Part shown: positions 9,439 to 18,917 of the stretch, piece after piece
How positions within the stretch are numbered: the first letter of the stretch is position 1
How the letters are laid out: each line of letters begins with the position of its first letter
NCBI GenBank assembly: GCA_031279835.1
Contig: JAITHV010000075.1
Coordinates: 948 to 64,947, forward strand
From: Coriobacteriales bacterium
Lineage (GTDB): Bacteria > Actinomycetota > Coriobacteriia > Coriobacteriales > UBA8131
Length of the DNA stretch: 64,000 nucleotides
Direction of reading: 5' to 3'
The notes under the pieces: generated by a model
What the model was told of the DNA's origin: nothing
The model's input: the letters and a program-made list of their open reading frames with translations, nothing else
The model's database searches: none
Made by a program: the position numbers and the translations under genes

Positions 9439-9768
9439 GACGGTTCCTCTCTACGTAATGGCAGGCATGACAGACAGGCAGGACGCCTGCCTCGCTTGTT
9501 TTTCGAAAGTATATCTTACCATAGGCTTTTATGGCACATGGCGAATGGGCGCTCCCAGGCACAAGCCGCGGCGCCTGTGCCTGGGACAAGAGAAGAAGAA
9601 GTAGCCAGGGAAGGCTGCTTCATCCTCACTATAGCATATTTCTGACTACATATCATACGATTTGTGGGCCAAGAAGCCAGAATCCCGCATGTCCAAGTCG
9701 CCCACGACGTTTCGCTGATAACCCGTGCCGTGCTTTTGTTGCTTCATGCATCTGCCTGCGCAGCAAGT

Positions 9769-10020
9769 CTAGAGGATCCGCACGAGGAGCTGGACGACGA
9801 CCTGAAGGACGACGATCGCGATAAGGGGGCTGAGGTCAATGCCGCTCAGTGGCGGGATAAAGCGCCTGAACAGACCGACGTACGGGCCACAGAGGGTGTC
9901 AAGCGCCTTATAGATGTCATTGAGGACGCCCTTGCTGTGGTCAAACCACGAGAACAATGCCCACACAAAGACAAGGAGCGTGTAGAGGCTTCCGAGCGTG
10001 CTGATGATGTTGCGGATCAT
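9769..10020 (-). CDS. yggT: YggT family membrane protein
   Basis: An 83-aa protein with two TM segments and the RFIPPLSGIDLSPLIAIVVLQ motif. ATGA overlap with the proC stop. Confidence 0.85.
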   Translation of the reverse strand: MIRNIISTLGSLYTLLVFVWALFSWFDHSKGVLNDIYKALDTLCGPYVGLFRRFIPPLSGIDLSPLIAIVVLQVVVQLLVRIL

Positions 10021-10898
10021 GCCAGCTCCTCCGCCCGCGCGACAGCCGAGTGAACCGCCTGCCGCATTGTTTGCGCAAGCCCCTGAGTGTCAAACGAGTC
10101 GAGTGCCGCCTGCGTGGTCCCTCCCGGGCTTGCGACAGCGGCAACGAGCTCGTCGGGGGCTTGGCCGCCGAGATCGAGCAGGCGCGCCGTGCCGGCCATC
10201 GTCTGCTGTACTAGGCGCAAGGCCAGGGCAGCGTCAAGGCCCTCCTCCTCGCCTGCCTTGGCCAAGTCACGCACAACGCGCGCAAAGTAGGCCGGCCCCG
10301 AGCCGCTCAGTGCTGTCGCGGCGTTTATCAGTCGTTCTTCGAGCAGCACGGCATCGCCCATCAACGAGAACAGGTCGCGCACGAGCTCTCCTTCACTCAG
10401 CGCGGTATGCTCGCCAACGGCAACGGCGCTCATGCCCGCACCGACCATGAGCGGGGTGTTGGGCATGACGCGAATGATTGCCACTGAGCCGAACAGCTCC
10501 TCGAGCGTCGCTGTGGTTATCCCGGCGGCTATAGACACGACGCGTTGCGGACGAAAGCCGTCAGTGGCGACTAGCTGCGCCGCCACGTCGCGCAGCACCT
10601 GAGGCTTTACTGCCAACAGGCAGGTGGAGGGGTTTTTTACGCTGCCGCCGTCGGCCACGCAGCGCACGCCGAAAACCTCCTCAAGATACGCCCTGCGGTC
10701 CTCGCTTGGCTCGGCCACAACAATCGACTCTGCGTCGAACTGCGCTCCATGAACGAGCCCCGACACGATCGCCTCTCCCATTTTTCCGCCGCCGACCAAG
10801 ACGATGGGCGCAACGCGCTCCTCGATCACGTCAAGGGCAAGGTGCACTTCGGTAGCCGCTTCACGCCGGCTGGGCGTCACGTCAAGCATCATTCTCAC
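10017..10898 (-). CDS. proC: Pyrroline-5-carboxylate reductase
   Basis: VLVGGGKMGEAIVSGL Rossmann motif and the C-terminal P5CR motif VASPGGTTQAAL. The exact start (GTG 10898 or ATG 10892/10889) is uncertain. Confidence 0.85.
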   Translation of the reverse strand: MRMMLDVTPSRREAATEVHLALDVIEERVAPIVLVGGGKMGEAIVSGLVHGAQFDAESIVVAEPSEDRRAYLEEVFGVRCVADGGSVKNPSTCLLAVKPQVLRDVAAQLVATDGFRPQRVVSIAAGITTATLEELFGSVAIIRVMPNTPLMVGAGMSAVAVGEHTALSEGELVRDLFSLMGDAVLLEERLINAATALSGSGPAYFARVVRDLAKAGEEEGLDAALALRLVQQTMAGTARLLDLGGQAPDELVAAVASPGGTTQAALDSFDTQGLAQTMRQAVHSAVARAEELA

Positions 10899-10978
10899 CC
10901 AATCTCTTGTGCCTCCCGTTCGCGCCGTTGCCGACGCGGTCCGTGTAGAGGCATGTTGTTGCCAGTACGGCCAGTCTG

Positions 10979-11959
10979 TCAGAGCGCCAGTCCTCGGGCG
11001 CGAAGGACTTCGCGCTCGTCGTCGGTCAAGGCATAGTCTTTAGTGATGACGTAAATGCGGTTTGCAGGGCTGTCTACCTGCGCGGAGAGCACCGCTGCGG
11101 CACCAAACGAGAAGTCGAGTATCCGTTTAGCAAGCTCTGGGCGGGTCGAAGTCAGGTCTACAGCGACTGCTGAGCCCTCCTTGAGGGCTTTTGCCACCTG
11201 CTCGGCATCCGCATACGCGCTCGGCCTGAGAGCCACGACCTGCCTGAAGCCGCGAGAGGCTGCTTGGGCAGGACGCGCTGAGCGAGGCTGCGGGGAGCCC
11301 GAGCGGCTCGCGTAGTAAGCCGGGAAGTCGCCTGACGGCGAGTGGCCGAGATCACCTGCAGCGTCCTGACCGGCCGCGTCTGCCGCCATGGTCGCCGATA
11401 GCCGGTCTTGCGACTTGCTGGGGGTGGGCGCATTGGCAGCCGGTGCCCCTGCGGCGCCGTTGAGCCGCTGGCGCTCTTGGTGTAGTTGCGCCAGCTTGTT
11501 GGGGCCTGTGCGCGAGAGGGTGTGCGCCATTGACTGAGGGCTGTCGTCCAGGTAGGGAGACGAGTACTGCGCCGTTGCGAGCGAGCCTGCCCGGGAGCCG
11601 GCCGGGCTCACGTCAGAGGCAGCAGTGCGCCGTGACGCAACATCGGTGCGGGTGCTGCTTGAATAGGGCAACAACTCCTGAGAGCGCACATCCGAGAGCG
11701 TCACAAACGGCGTGTGGGCGTCAGGACGATAGCTCGACGTCGGCAGGTCGCGAAAAGCGGTGTTGCTGGTCTGCGCAAAGCCGTCGTCGTATTCTTCAGC
11801 ATAGCCGTCGTCGTAAGAATCACCGTCAGGCCTGTCATAACCGTCGGCAGCAGAGTCGTACTGGTATTCTCCGTCATCATAGTAATCGTCGTCATAGTCG
11901 CTTCGGTCGTCTCTGCGATCTTTTCCAAAGCGGTTTTTAAGCGAATCAAAGACACCCAT
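10979..11959 (-). CDS. sepF: Cell division protein SepF with an approximately 235-aa disordered N-terminal region
   Basis: The C-terminal VVALRPSAYADAEQVAKALKEGSAVAVDLT...RILDFSFGAA...IYVITK is the SepF domain. Confidence 0.85.
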   Translation of the reverse strand: MGVFDSLKNRFGKDRRDDRSDYDDDYYDDGEYQYDSAADGYDRPDGDSYDDGYAEEYDDGFAQTSNTAFRDLPTSSYRPDAHTPFVTLSDVRSQELLPYSSSTRTDVASRRTAASDVSPAGSRAGSLATAQYSSPYLDDSPQSMAHTLSRTGPNKLAQLHQERQRLNGAAGAPAANAPTPSKSQDRLSATMAADAAGQDAAGDLGHSPSGDFPAYYASRSGSPQPRSARPAQAASRGFRQVVALRPSAYADAEQVAKALKEGSAVAVDLTSTRPELAKRILDFSFGAAAVLSAQVDSPANRIYVITKDYALTDDEREVLRARGLAL

Positions 11960-12024
11960 GTTGCCAACTCCTCAGATAGCCTGACAAGCACCTGCCGTGT
12001 TTTAACCTCGTTTGTGCGACGGAC

Positions 12025-12768
12025 CTACCCATGGGTATCCTGCCACACCTTTCTGCCAATACGTAAAATAGTAGCACCTTCTTCGACCGCTATCACGTAG
12101 TCTTCCGACATTCCCATCGACAATTCCCGCAGCTCGACATTGGGGAGAGCGCCGATGCGCGCTGCGAGGTCGTCTCGTAAGACGCGCAAGGCCCTGAACG
12201 TCGATCGGGCGCGCTTTGCGTCGCCCTGCGGCGCCATAGTCATGAGGCCGCGCACCTGTAGGTGGCGGTATTGAGGCACCGTCACGAGCATCCGCTCAAG
12301 CTCGGCAGGGGCCACGCCATCCTTGCTCGGCTCGCCGGAGACGTTGACCTCGATAAGCACGTCCTGTACGAGGGTCGATCCGGGTTCAGGCGCAGGGAAC
12401 GCTCCGGTCGCGCCCTGGTGGCTCTCGTGCTCAGCAATGCGCCTCTCAATGGCAGCAAGCGCCCGCTCAGAGGCCAGGGAATGCACGAGCGAGGCGCGCG
12501 CGGCAAAGTCCTTGACTTTGTTGGTCTGGATCGAGCCGATAAAATGCCAGCGCTCTTGTGGAAACGCGTCCCGACGCTCGCTGAAGAGCGCGGTTCGGTT
12601 CTCGCCAAAATCATGGATGCCCGCTGTGACCGCCTGCGCAATCTCGGCATGACCGACTGTCTTGCTCACTGCGACAACGCGTATCTCGCCCGGGTCACGA
12701 CCTACACGCTCTGCGGCACAGGCCACCTCGGCGCGGATCTTGTCGATGTTTTCTGCAATTGACGCCAT
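12025..12768 (-). CDS. yggS: YggS family pyridoxal-phosphate homeostasis protein
   Basis: VVAVSKTV (PLP Lys), HFIGSIQTNKV, LSMGMSEDY. Confidence 0.9.
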   Translation of the reverse strand: MASIAENIDKIRAEVACAAERVGRDPGEIRVVAVSKTVGHAEIAQAVTAGIHDFGENRTALFSERRDAFPQERWHFIGSIQTNKVKDFAARASLVHSLASERALAAIERRIAEHESHQGATGAFPAPEPGSTLVQDVLIEVNVSGEPSKDGVAPAELERMLVTVPQYRHLQVRGLMTMAPQGDAKRARSTFRALRVLRDDLAARIGALPNVELRELSMGMSEDYVIAVEEGATILRIGRKVWQDTHG

Positions 12769-12902
12769 TGTCTACTCCAACCACAAGGGTAGAGCGGTAC
12801 CCCTTTGTCGTCTCAAGTGTGTCGAGCGTGTCTGGTGGTGCGTGTGCCTCAAATTACTTGGACTTCTCGTTGCTTCTTTGACTCCGGGCGTCCTGGTGGA
12901 TT

Positions 12903-14015
12903 CTAGTATCCTTGCCGCAGGAAGTCTGGAATGAAGTCCTCGTCAAAGCCGCCTGCCGGGACTGGTCGCGTGCGGGAAGTAGCGGCAGGAGAGGCTGCCT
13001 CTTCGTCGTAGTTGCCGTTCGCAGAGTAAAGGGAGTCGAACTCTATCGAGGACTGGGCGTTTTTGTCGCTGAAGCCTGTTGCGACGACTGTCACGCGCAA
13101 CTGTTCGTCGAGCGTGTCGTCGATCACCGCTCCAAATATGACGGTGGCCTCGGGGTCAGCGGCGTCAGTCACAGCGTTGGCGGCCTCCGAGACCTCATGC
13201 ATAGACGTGTCTGAGTTGCCAGAGATAGACACAAGAATGCGGTTCGCGCCAACGATGGACGACTCGAGCAGCTTGCTCGAGATCGCCTGAGTGGCAGCCT
13301 CGACGGCCCGGTTCTCACCCGAAGCTATGCCAATGCCCATCATGGCGGTCCCTGCATTTTTCATGACAGTGCGCACGTCGGCGAAATCAAGGTTAATGAG
13401 GCCAGGAATGGTGATAAGGTCGGTGATGCCCTGGATGCCCTGGCGAAGGATGTCGTCGGCTATGCGAAAAGCGTCAAGCATGGAGGTCTTCTTCTCGACG
13501 ATCTGCAGCAGGCGGTCGTTGGGAATGACAATGAGCGTGTCTACCTTTTGGGAGAGCAGCATGATGCCTTCCTCGGCCTGCATCTTGCGCTTGCGACCCT
13601 CGAAGCCAAACGGCTTCGTGACTACCCCGACGGTAAGCACGTTTTGATCCTCGTGCGCGATCTCAGCGACGATCGGTGCGGCGCCTGTGCCGGTGCCGCC
13701 GCCTTCTCCCGCAGTGATGAACACCATGTCGGCGCCCTCGATCGCGTCACTCAGCTCCTTGCGGGACTCCTCGGCGGCCTGTGCGCCGACCTCGGGATTC
13801 GCGCCCGCGCCCAAACCGTGTGTAAGGTCCATGCCAATATGGACGGTGTGGTCGGCGTCAGACATAAGGAGCGCCTGTCGGTCGGTGTTGACCGCTACGA
13901 ACTCGACACCCTTGATGCCTGCCTCGACCATACGGTTGACGGCATTGGTGCCGCCGCCACCGACGCCAACGACCTTGATGACGGCCAGGTGTTCCCTGCC
14001 TATGAAATCCGACAT
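12903..14015 (-). CDS. ftsZ: Cell division GTPase FtsZ
   Basis: [15 protein letters not shown] and [10 protein letters not shown] tubulin signature motifs. Confidence 0.97.
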   Translation of the reverse strand: MSDFIGREHLAVIKVVGVGGGGTNAVNRMVEAGIKGVEFVAVNTDRQALLMSDADHTVHIGMDLTHGLGAGANPEVGAQAAEESRKELSDAIEGADMVFITAGEGGGTGTGAAPIVAEIAHEDQNVLTVGVVTKPFGFEGRKRKMQAEEGIMLLSQKVDTLIVIPNDRLLQIVEKKTSMLDAFRIADDILRQGIQGITDLITIPGLINLDFADVRTVMKNAGTAMMGIGIASGENRAVEAATQAISSKLLESSIVGANRILVSISGNSDTSMHEVSEAANAVTDAADPEATVIFGAVIDDTLDEQLRVTVVATGFSDKNAQSSIEFDSLYSANGNYDEEAASPAATSRTRPVPAGGFDEDFIPDFLRQGY

Positions 14016-14098
14016 AGTCTGTCCTCCATCGGTAGCTGTTATTCAGCTCCCCACTGCGCATGCTGCCGCGAAGATGCTGAAAAAATCTTCAAAATTGA

Positions 14099-14126
14099 AT
14101 AATAGCAGGTAACGGGCTACGGTCAA
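14099..14126 (-). promoter_or_regulatory. Candidate sigma-70-type ftsZ promoter (TTGACC-16 nt-TATTAT)
   Basis: Read on the minus strand: -35 at plus coordinates 14121-14126, -10 at plus coordinates 14099-14104. GGAGGA RBS lies before the ftsZ ATG. Confidence 0.4.
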
Positions 14127-14424
14127 TAGATTCATGGGCACTATTTGCTTAAATGCCCAACATTTTTTCAAAAAATGGATACACCCTTATGAGGGTCCCT
14201 AGCCGGGCGCGTCTTGTTTCGCCAAACCATAGACACACCCCTTTTGCTGGGGATACAGTCGAACACAAGGCGAGCTTCGACCGCTGGTGCCAAGACGGCA
14301 GCGCTGTTGTCACCATTCTCGGCCATACCGCTGAGTGTCATGCAACAGAACACCAACCGCTCGGCTACAGGCGCACGACAGCTGCCTCTTCCAAGTGCCT
14401 GATCAGGTGCGGACGCGCGGCGTT

Positions 14425-15555
14425 TTAGCTCGTGACCAGGCACAGGTGCTCGGGTGGGACGCGCATTGTGACGTGCTCGCCCTTCTCAAGCAGTCGCAGG
14501 GCAGGCTCTTGTAGCATTGACGAGCGCTTGTCCATCTTCCATTGCAGGCGCTCGCTGGCGCCGTCAGGCATGAGCATGACAACGCGCTCGAAGCGCGAGT
14601 CGCTCACACGGACAACCTCGCAGCGAAACTCATTGTGAGCTTTGGCAGACGCGGACGCGGTCGTGCTGCAAGGCGCTTGTGGGCACAGAGGGGTTGCCGG
14701 TGCGGTCAAGACCGGCTCAAGGTACGACGCGCGGACACCAACCCAGGCAACGTCGCGCGGAACGGGTGCCGTCGCGGCAAGCCGCAGGTTCCAGGCAAGA
14801 GCCTCAACCGTATGGTCGTCATGGTAACGTGCGGGGGAGATGTTCTTCACCCCCGTGACTTTGAGCGTGGCCAGCGACGAGGGGCGCGCCATCAAATCGG
14901 CAGGGGCGTCGATGTCTATGAGCGTGCCGTTGCTTATCACTGCGATGCGGTCGCTGAACCTGAACGCCTCGTCGATGTCGTGCGACACATAGAGTATGGT
15001 GCCCTCGAAGCGTTCAAAGAGATCAAGCAGGTCTTGCTCGAGCGCGCCTTTTAGATGCGAGTCAAGGGATGAGAACGGCTCGTCGAGCATGAGGATTCCC
15101 GGGTTTGCCGCAAGCATGCGCGCCAGGGCCACCCGTTGCTGCTGACCACCCGAAAGCCGCACAGGATACCGCTTCTCGAAGCCTTTGAGCCCGAAGCGCT
15201 CAATCTGCTCAGTCACCATGCGCTCGACATCTCCACGCGGTGTCGAAGGCGGGATACCGGCGGCGATGTTTGCAGCGACTGTGAGGTTTGGGAACAGCAT
15301 ATAGTTCTGAAACAGCATGGCGGTCTTACGCTGCTGCGGCGTGAGGTTGATACGGCGCACGGAGTCGAAGAACACGGTGCCGTTGACCACAATGCGGCCC
15401 TCGTCTGGCTTCTCCAACCCAGCGACGCAACGCAACGTGAGGCTTTTGCCGCTGCCTGACTCCCCAAGAAACCCGATAGTCTCGGACCCCGCCTCAAGAG
15501 CCACGTCGAGGTCGAACGCCGGGTAGTGCTTCTTAATGCGCAGTTCGAGGCTCAT
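14425..15555 (-). CDS. modC: Molybdate/tungstate-type ABC transporter ATP-binding protein with a C-terminal TOBE-like domain
   Basis: GESGSGKS Walker A and LSGGQQQRVALARML signature. 4-nt overlap with modB. Anion specificity is inferred from context. Confidence 0.8.
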   Translation of the reverse strand: MSLELRIKKHYPAFDLDVALEAGSETIGFLGESGSGKSLTLRCVAGLEKPDEGRIVVNGTVFFDSVRRINLTPQQRKTAMLFQNYMLFPNLTVAANIAAGIPPSTPRGDVERMVTEQIERFGLKGFEKRYPVRLSGGQQQRVALARMLAANPGILMLDEPFSSLDSHLKGALEQDLLDLFERFEGTILYVSHDIDEAFRFSDRIAVISNGTLIDIDAPADLMARPSSLATLKVTGVKNISPARYHDDHTVEALAWNLRLAATAPVPRDVAWVGVRASYLEPVLTAPATPLCPQAPCSTTASASAKAHNEFRCEVVRVSDSRFERVVMLMPDGASERLQWKMDKRSSMLQEPALRLLEKGEHVTMRVPPEHLCLVTS

Positions 15556-17024
15556 GCGCCCTTCTCGCCGCCTTTGTCAAGTCCAGGCTTGCGATAGCGC
15601 TGGGTTCGGGAGGCATACCAGTTGATAAGCAGGATGACGGCAAACGAGATGAGTATGACGACAACGACCCAGAAGGCCGCTATGTCGGTGCGCCCTCCCA
15701 TCCACTGGTAGTAGATGGCGAGCGGCATGGTTTGGGTAACACCTGCGTAGTTTCCGGCGACAAAAAGCGTTGCGCCAAACTCTCCCATTGCGCGCGCGAA
15801 CGAGAGCACCGTGCCCGCCGCAATAGACGGCCAGGCGAGCGGCAAGGTGAGCCTAAAAAAGATGCGGGCGTTTGACCAGCCAAGGGTGCGGGCGGCGTCC
15901 GCTATGCTAGGGTCGAGGCCCTCAAAGGCCCCGCGCGCCGTCCGGTACATGAGCGGAAAAGCAACGACGAAGGCAGCGAGCACCGCAGATTGCCACGAGA
16001 AGACAAGCGAGAGTCCGTGCGCCGTGAACCAGCGGCCGAGCTCGGTCGAGTTGCCGAATGCCATGAGGAGGAGAAACCCGCAGACCGTTGGCGGAAGCAC
16101 CATAGGGATCGTGAAGATGGAGTCAAGCACATCGCGCAAGCGACTGCTCATCTTGAGCGAGAGGCGGGCGGCGGCAAGGCCGAGGACGAAGACGAAGACC
16201 ATGGCAGCAAGCGAGGTTCTGAGAGAGACCCAGAAGGGGCGATAGTCAATCCCATAAAAAAACTCCCAGAGCGCGTCAGTCCCTGAGGCTGGTTGCTGAA
16301 TGACCACCTCTTCCACTGGCAGCAGACGTCCGCTGAGCGTGAAGAGAGCGCCTGCCGACGCATCGTTGCCTGCGGCGGCCTGGTTGTCGGCAGACGGGAC
16401 TGCCTGTGACCACTCTTCTGCTTCTGCTCTCGCCTCTTGTGATGGCGATGGCGATGGCGATAGTGATGGTGCGGCGGCGACTTCAACGCAGACGTAGCTG
16501 CTCCCGGGCTCGACCACGACGCCAAACCGGTAACAGTATGCGCCATGCAGCAATGAGCTTTCCGTTGTGAACAGAGTGGGGACTTCCAGCGTGCTCAGAG
16601 GCACGCCTCCATGGGCTATTGCGTCGTCTACCGTCCTGACGAGGCGCATGAGGCCGTCTTGCACAGACGCTTCTTCGACATCGAGCCTGAGTCTGTCTGC
16701 GACCTCGCGCGGCACATGGACAATGACTGCCTCACTCGTCGCGACGACCGTGAAGGACTGTGCGTCGGTCATCGGAAAGCGGTAGCCGAAAGAGCGGCCT
16801 TCGTAGGATTTTGAAGTCCCTTTGTTCATGCGATGCACGTCGCTTGCCGCAAATGTTAGAGCGCCGTCCCGCGCAGAGCGTCCGTCAGCGGAAAGCTCAA
16901 CGGCATCTGGTGAGGCAGCCCAGGCGCTCGACACCGTCAGGCATAACAGCATGGCGCTTGCAAACAGTGCAAGCGCCATGACCGCGAGCATGCTTTGCTG
17001 TGTGCGTCGGGACCGCATAATCAC
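15552..17024 (-). CDS. modB: ModB-type ABC permease fused to an approximately 255-aa N-terminal secreted/anchored domain
   Basis: The C-terminal half (FWVSLRTSL...DAARTLGWSNARIFFRLTLPLAWPSI...) is a ModB/CysTW-type permease. The N-terminus has a signal-like segment LAVMALALFASAMLLCLTVSSAWA, a domain I do not recognise, and an SPSLSPSPSPS linker. Confidence 0.8.
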   Translation of the reverse strand: MIMRSRRTQQSMLAVMALALFASAMLLCLTVSSAWAASPDAVELSADGRSARDGALTFAASDVHRMNKGTSKSYEGRSFGYRFPMTDAQSFTVVATSEAVIVHVPREVADRLRLDVEEASVQDGLMRLVRTVDDAIAHGGVPLSTLEVPTLFTTESSLLHGAYCYRFGVVVEPGSSYVCVEVAAAPSLSPSPSPSQEARAEAEEWSQAVPSADNQAAAGNDASAGALFTLSGRLLPVEEVVIQQPASGTDALWEFFYGIDYRPFWVSLRTSLAAMVFVFVLGLAAARLSLKMSSRLRDVLDSIFTIPMVLPPTVCGFLLLMAFGNSTELGRWFTAHGLSLVFSWQSAVLAAFVVAFPLMYRTARGAFEGLDPSIADAARTLGWSNARIFFRLTLPLAWPSIAAGTVLSFARAMGEFGATLFVAGNYAGVTQTMPLAIYYQWMGGRTDIAAFWVVVVILISFAVILLINWYASRTQRYRKPGLDKGGEKGA

Positions 17025-17132
17025 CAGTATAGAGGATGCGGGGCCATCATAGACAACGATGCCGACGCCACAAGCCCGTGAGTCAGAAGAGCCAGACGGC
17101 GTCCCTTGACGCGAATGCGGCTGAACCGCCCT

Positions 17133-18020
17133 TTACGCGACTTCAAACCCATACTGGGACCAGACGCGCTGCGCGTCAGGGTCGTTAAGGCAAAAATCGA
17201 GGAAGTCCGCTGCTGCGTCGGCATTGGCACTGCTCTTGAGCACGGCTCCGGGATACACAATCGGCTTGTGAGCTGAGGACGGCACCGTGAACGCGGTCTT
17301 GATGCCACTGTAGCGGTACAGGTCGCTTGAGTAGACAAAACCAATCTGGCAGTCTCCTGACTCGACGTATTTTGCCGCATTGCCCACACTGCTGGCCGTG
17401 CGCACCTTCGGCTCAAACGAAGAGTCGTAACTGCCGCCCTTCCCCGATGCGTCTGAGTACATGCCTATGGTGTTCAACGCCTGGTTGGCATACTGACCTG
17501 CGGGAACTGTCTCACCGTCGCCGATTGCGATAGCGGTGATGTCGTCACGCGTCACGTCGCTGAGCGACTGAATCGACACGTCGCTTGAGGTACCGCAAAC
17601 TAGTACCAGGTCGTTTTCGAACATGGTCTTGCGCGTGGCGTCGTCGATCGAGCCATTGCTCGAGGCAGTGTCCATGCTCCCGGCAGAGGCAGTGACTAGC
17701 AGGTCAGGAGTCGCGCCAGCCTTGATCTGCTCAACCAGATCGCCCGAGGCTTTGAACTGGGTGTCAGCAAAGGTCACTCCTTGGTTTTTTTGAACATAGA
17801 GTTCTTGAACTTGTGGAAGCGCCTTCTCGAGGGAGTTTGCGGCGAAAATCTGGAGCTCTGTCTTCTGGGGAGTCTCTCCGGCCGGGTTATTTTCCTGAGG
17901 CCCCTGCTGCGCACAGCCATAGTTACCACATGTGCCGAATGCCAGTGCTAATGCTACAGCCAGGGCAACAAGGATTCGGGGGCGTTTTTTGCCTGTCATT
18001 GCGCTCTTTGTCTCGCTCAT
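17133..18020 (-). CDS. modA: Molybdate-binding periplasmic-type lipoprotein
   Basis: ModA-like: LQIFAANSL...ADLLVTASAGSMD...GIKTAFTVP. Signal/lipobox LALAFGTCG. Start chosen at ATG 18020, which has a GAGAGAGAGG RBS. Confidence 0.8.
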   Translation of the reverse strand: MSETKSAMTGKKRPRILVALAVALALAFGTCGNYGCAQQGPQENNPAGETPQKTELQIFAANSLEKALPQVQELYVQKNQGVTFADTQFKASGDLVEQIKAGATPDLLVTASAGSMDTASSNGSIDDATRKTMFENDLVLVCGTSSDVSIQSLSDVTRDDITAIAIGDGETVPAGQYANQALNTIGMYSDASGKGGSYDSSFEPKVRTASSVGNAAKYVESGDCQIGFVYSSDLYRYSGIKTAFTVPSSAHKPIVYPGAVLKSSANADAAADFLDFCLNDPDAQRVWSQYGFEVA

Positions 18021-18072
18021 CAGTGAGGTCCTCTCTCTCATTTCTATTGCCGACACTATATATTTTCTGATA

Positions 18073-18101
18073 ATGCTATTCTTATTTATGTTAATTGTCA
18101 A
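18073..18101 (-). promoter_or_regulatory. Candidate mod operon promoter (TTGACA-17 nt-TAGCAT)
   Basis: Read on the minus strand in the AT-rich spacer between rplT and modA. Confidence 0.35.
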
Positions 18102-18175
18102 TGTTTTTCGGGTCATTCAGCTTGTGGTAATCGAAGGGCGTCTCATGGCAGCAAACGACCAGACGCCTGTTTGAG

Positions 18176-18218
18176 CAAAGAGAAAGCCGCAGGCCGTTGA
18201 GATCCAACGGCCTGCGGC
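18176..18218 (-). terminator. Rho-independent terminator of infC-rpmI-rplT
   Basis: 14-bp GC-rich stem GCCGCAGGCCGTTG/CAACGGCCTGCGGC with a 5-nt loop, followed on the minus strand by TTTCTCTTTG. It lies about 55 nt after the rplT stop. Confidence 0.7.
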
Positions 18219-18273
18219 TGATGTCTTGCTACGAGCACCTAGTGCTAGGTCTTCGTTGAATTGCTTTTGGCGT

Positions 18274-18633
18274 TTATGCAGCGACCGACTTCTTGGCGAC
18301 CTCAGCAAGAGCCGCAAAAGCACCCGGGTCATTGACGGCCATGTCTGCCAGTACCTTGCGGTCAAGCTGTACGCCCGCCCGCTTCAAACCGTTCATAAAG
18401 ACTGAGTAACTCAGACCATTGATGCGTGCAGCAGCATTGATGCGCGTGATCCACAGACGCCGAATAACTCGCTTCTTGTTTCGACGATCACGATACGCAT
18501 ACTGCAAAGAATGCTGGACCTGCTCTTTTGCTACTCGGTACGAACGGGACTTTGCCCCATAATAGCCTTTCGCCCTGGCTAGAACGACACGGCGCTTTTT
18601 CTTGGCGGTTATTGAACGCTTTACGCGTGGCAT
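18274..18633 (-). CDS. rplT: 50S ribosomal protein L20
   Basis: [33 protein letters not shown] is L20. Confidence 0.97.
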   Translation of the reverse strand: MPRVKRSITAKKKRRVVLARAKGYYGAKSRSYRVAKEQVQHSLQYAYRDRRNKKRVIRRLWITRINAAARINGLSYSVFMNGLKRAGVQLDRKVLADMAVNDPGAFAALAEVAKKSVAA

Positions 18634-18719
18634 GTATCTATCAACTCCTAACGGTTCTTCAGGCAGGGCTTTGTTGCTTTCCTGCCCCCGATGTTTGACC
18701 TACGAAAGAGGTGCTTGAC

Positions 18720-18917
18720 TTAGCGTAGCCCGAGACTGCGGGCAATAACCTTGTAGTCCGCCTGCGAGACTTCGGTCTCATGCCGGAAGTTGCGCTTGCG
18801 CTTCTGCGACTTCTTTTCGAGGATGTGGCTTTTAAACGCCTTGCTGCGCATGATCTTTCCTGTGCCAGTTACACGGAATCGCTTCGCAGAACCTCTATGC
18901 GTCTTCATTTTTGGCAT
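18720..18917 (-). CDS. rpmI: 50S ribosomal protein L35
   Basis: [24 protein letters not shown] is L35. ATG verified at 18917-18915. Confidence 0.95.
   Translation of the reverse strand: MPKMKTHRGSAKRFRVTGTGKIMRSKAFKSHILEKKSQKRKRNFRHETEVSQADYKVIARSLGLR

Noticed and set aside
14370-14415. SRP-RNA-like motif on the minus strand (AUCAGGCACUUGGAAGAGGCAGC versus domain IV CAGGUCCGGAAGGAAGCAGC)
   Set aside because: The flanking arms do not pair into the required long hairpin. The 5' side has two extra nucleotides and the conserved AGCA is shifted. The genomic context is also not typical for ffs. A cmscan with RF00169 would be needed to settle it.
18021-18273. Looked for a molybdenum-cofactor (Moco) riboswitch upstream of modA
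   Set aside because: The spacer is explained by the rplT terminator plus an AT-rich promoter region. The remaining leader of about 45 nt is far too short, and no conserved Moco-motif stems were seen.
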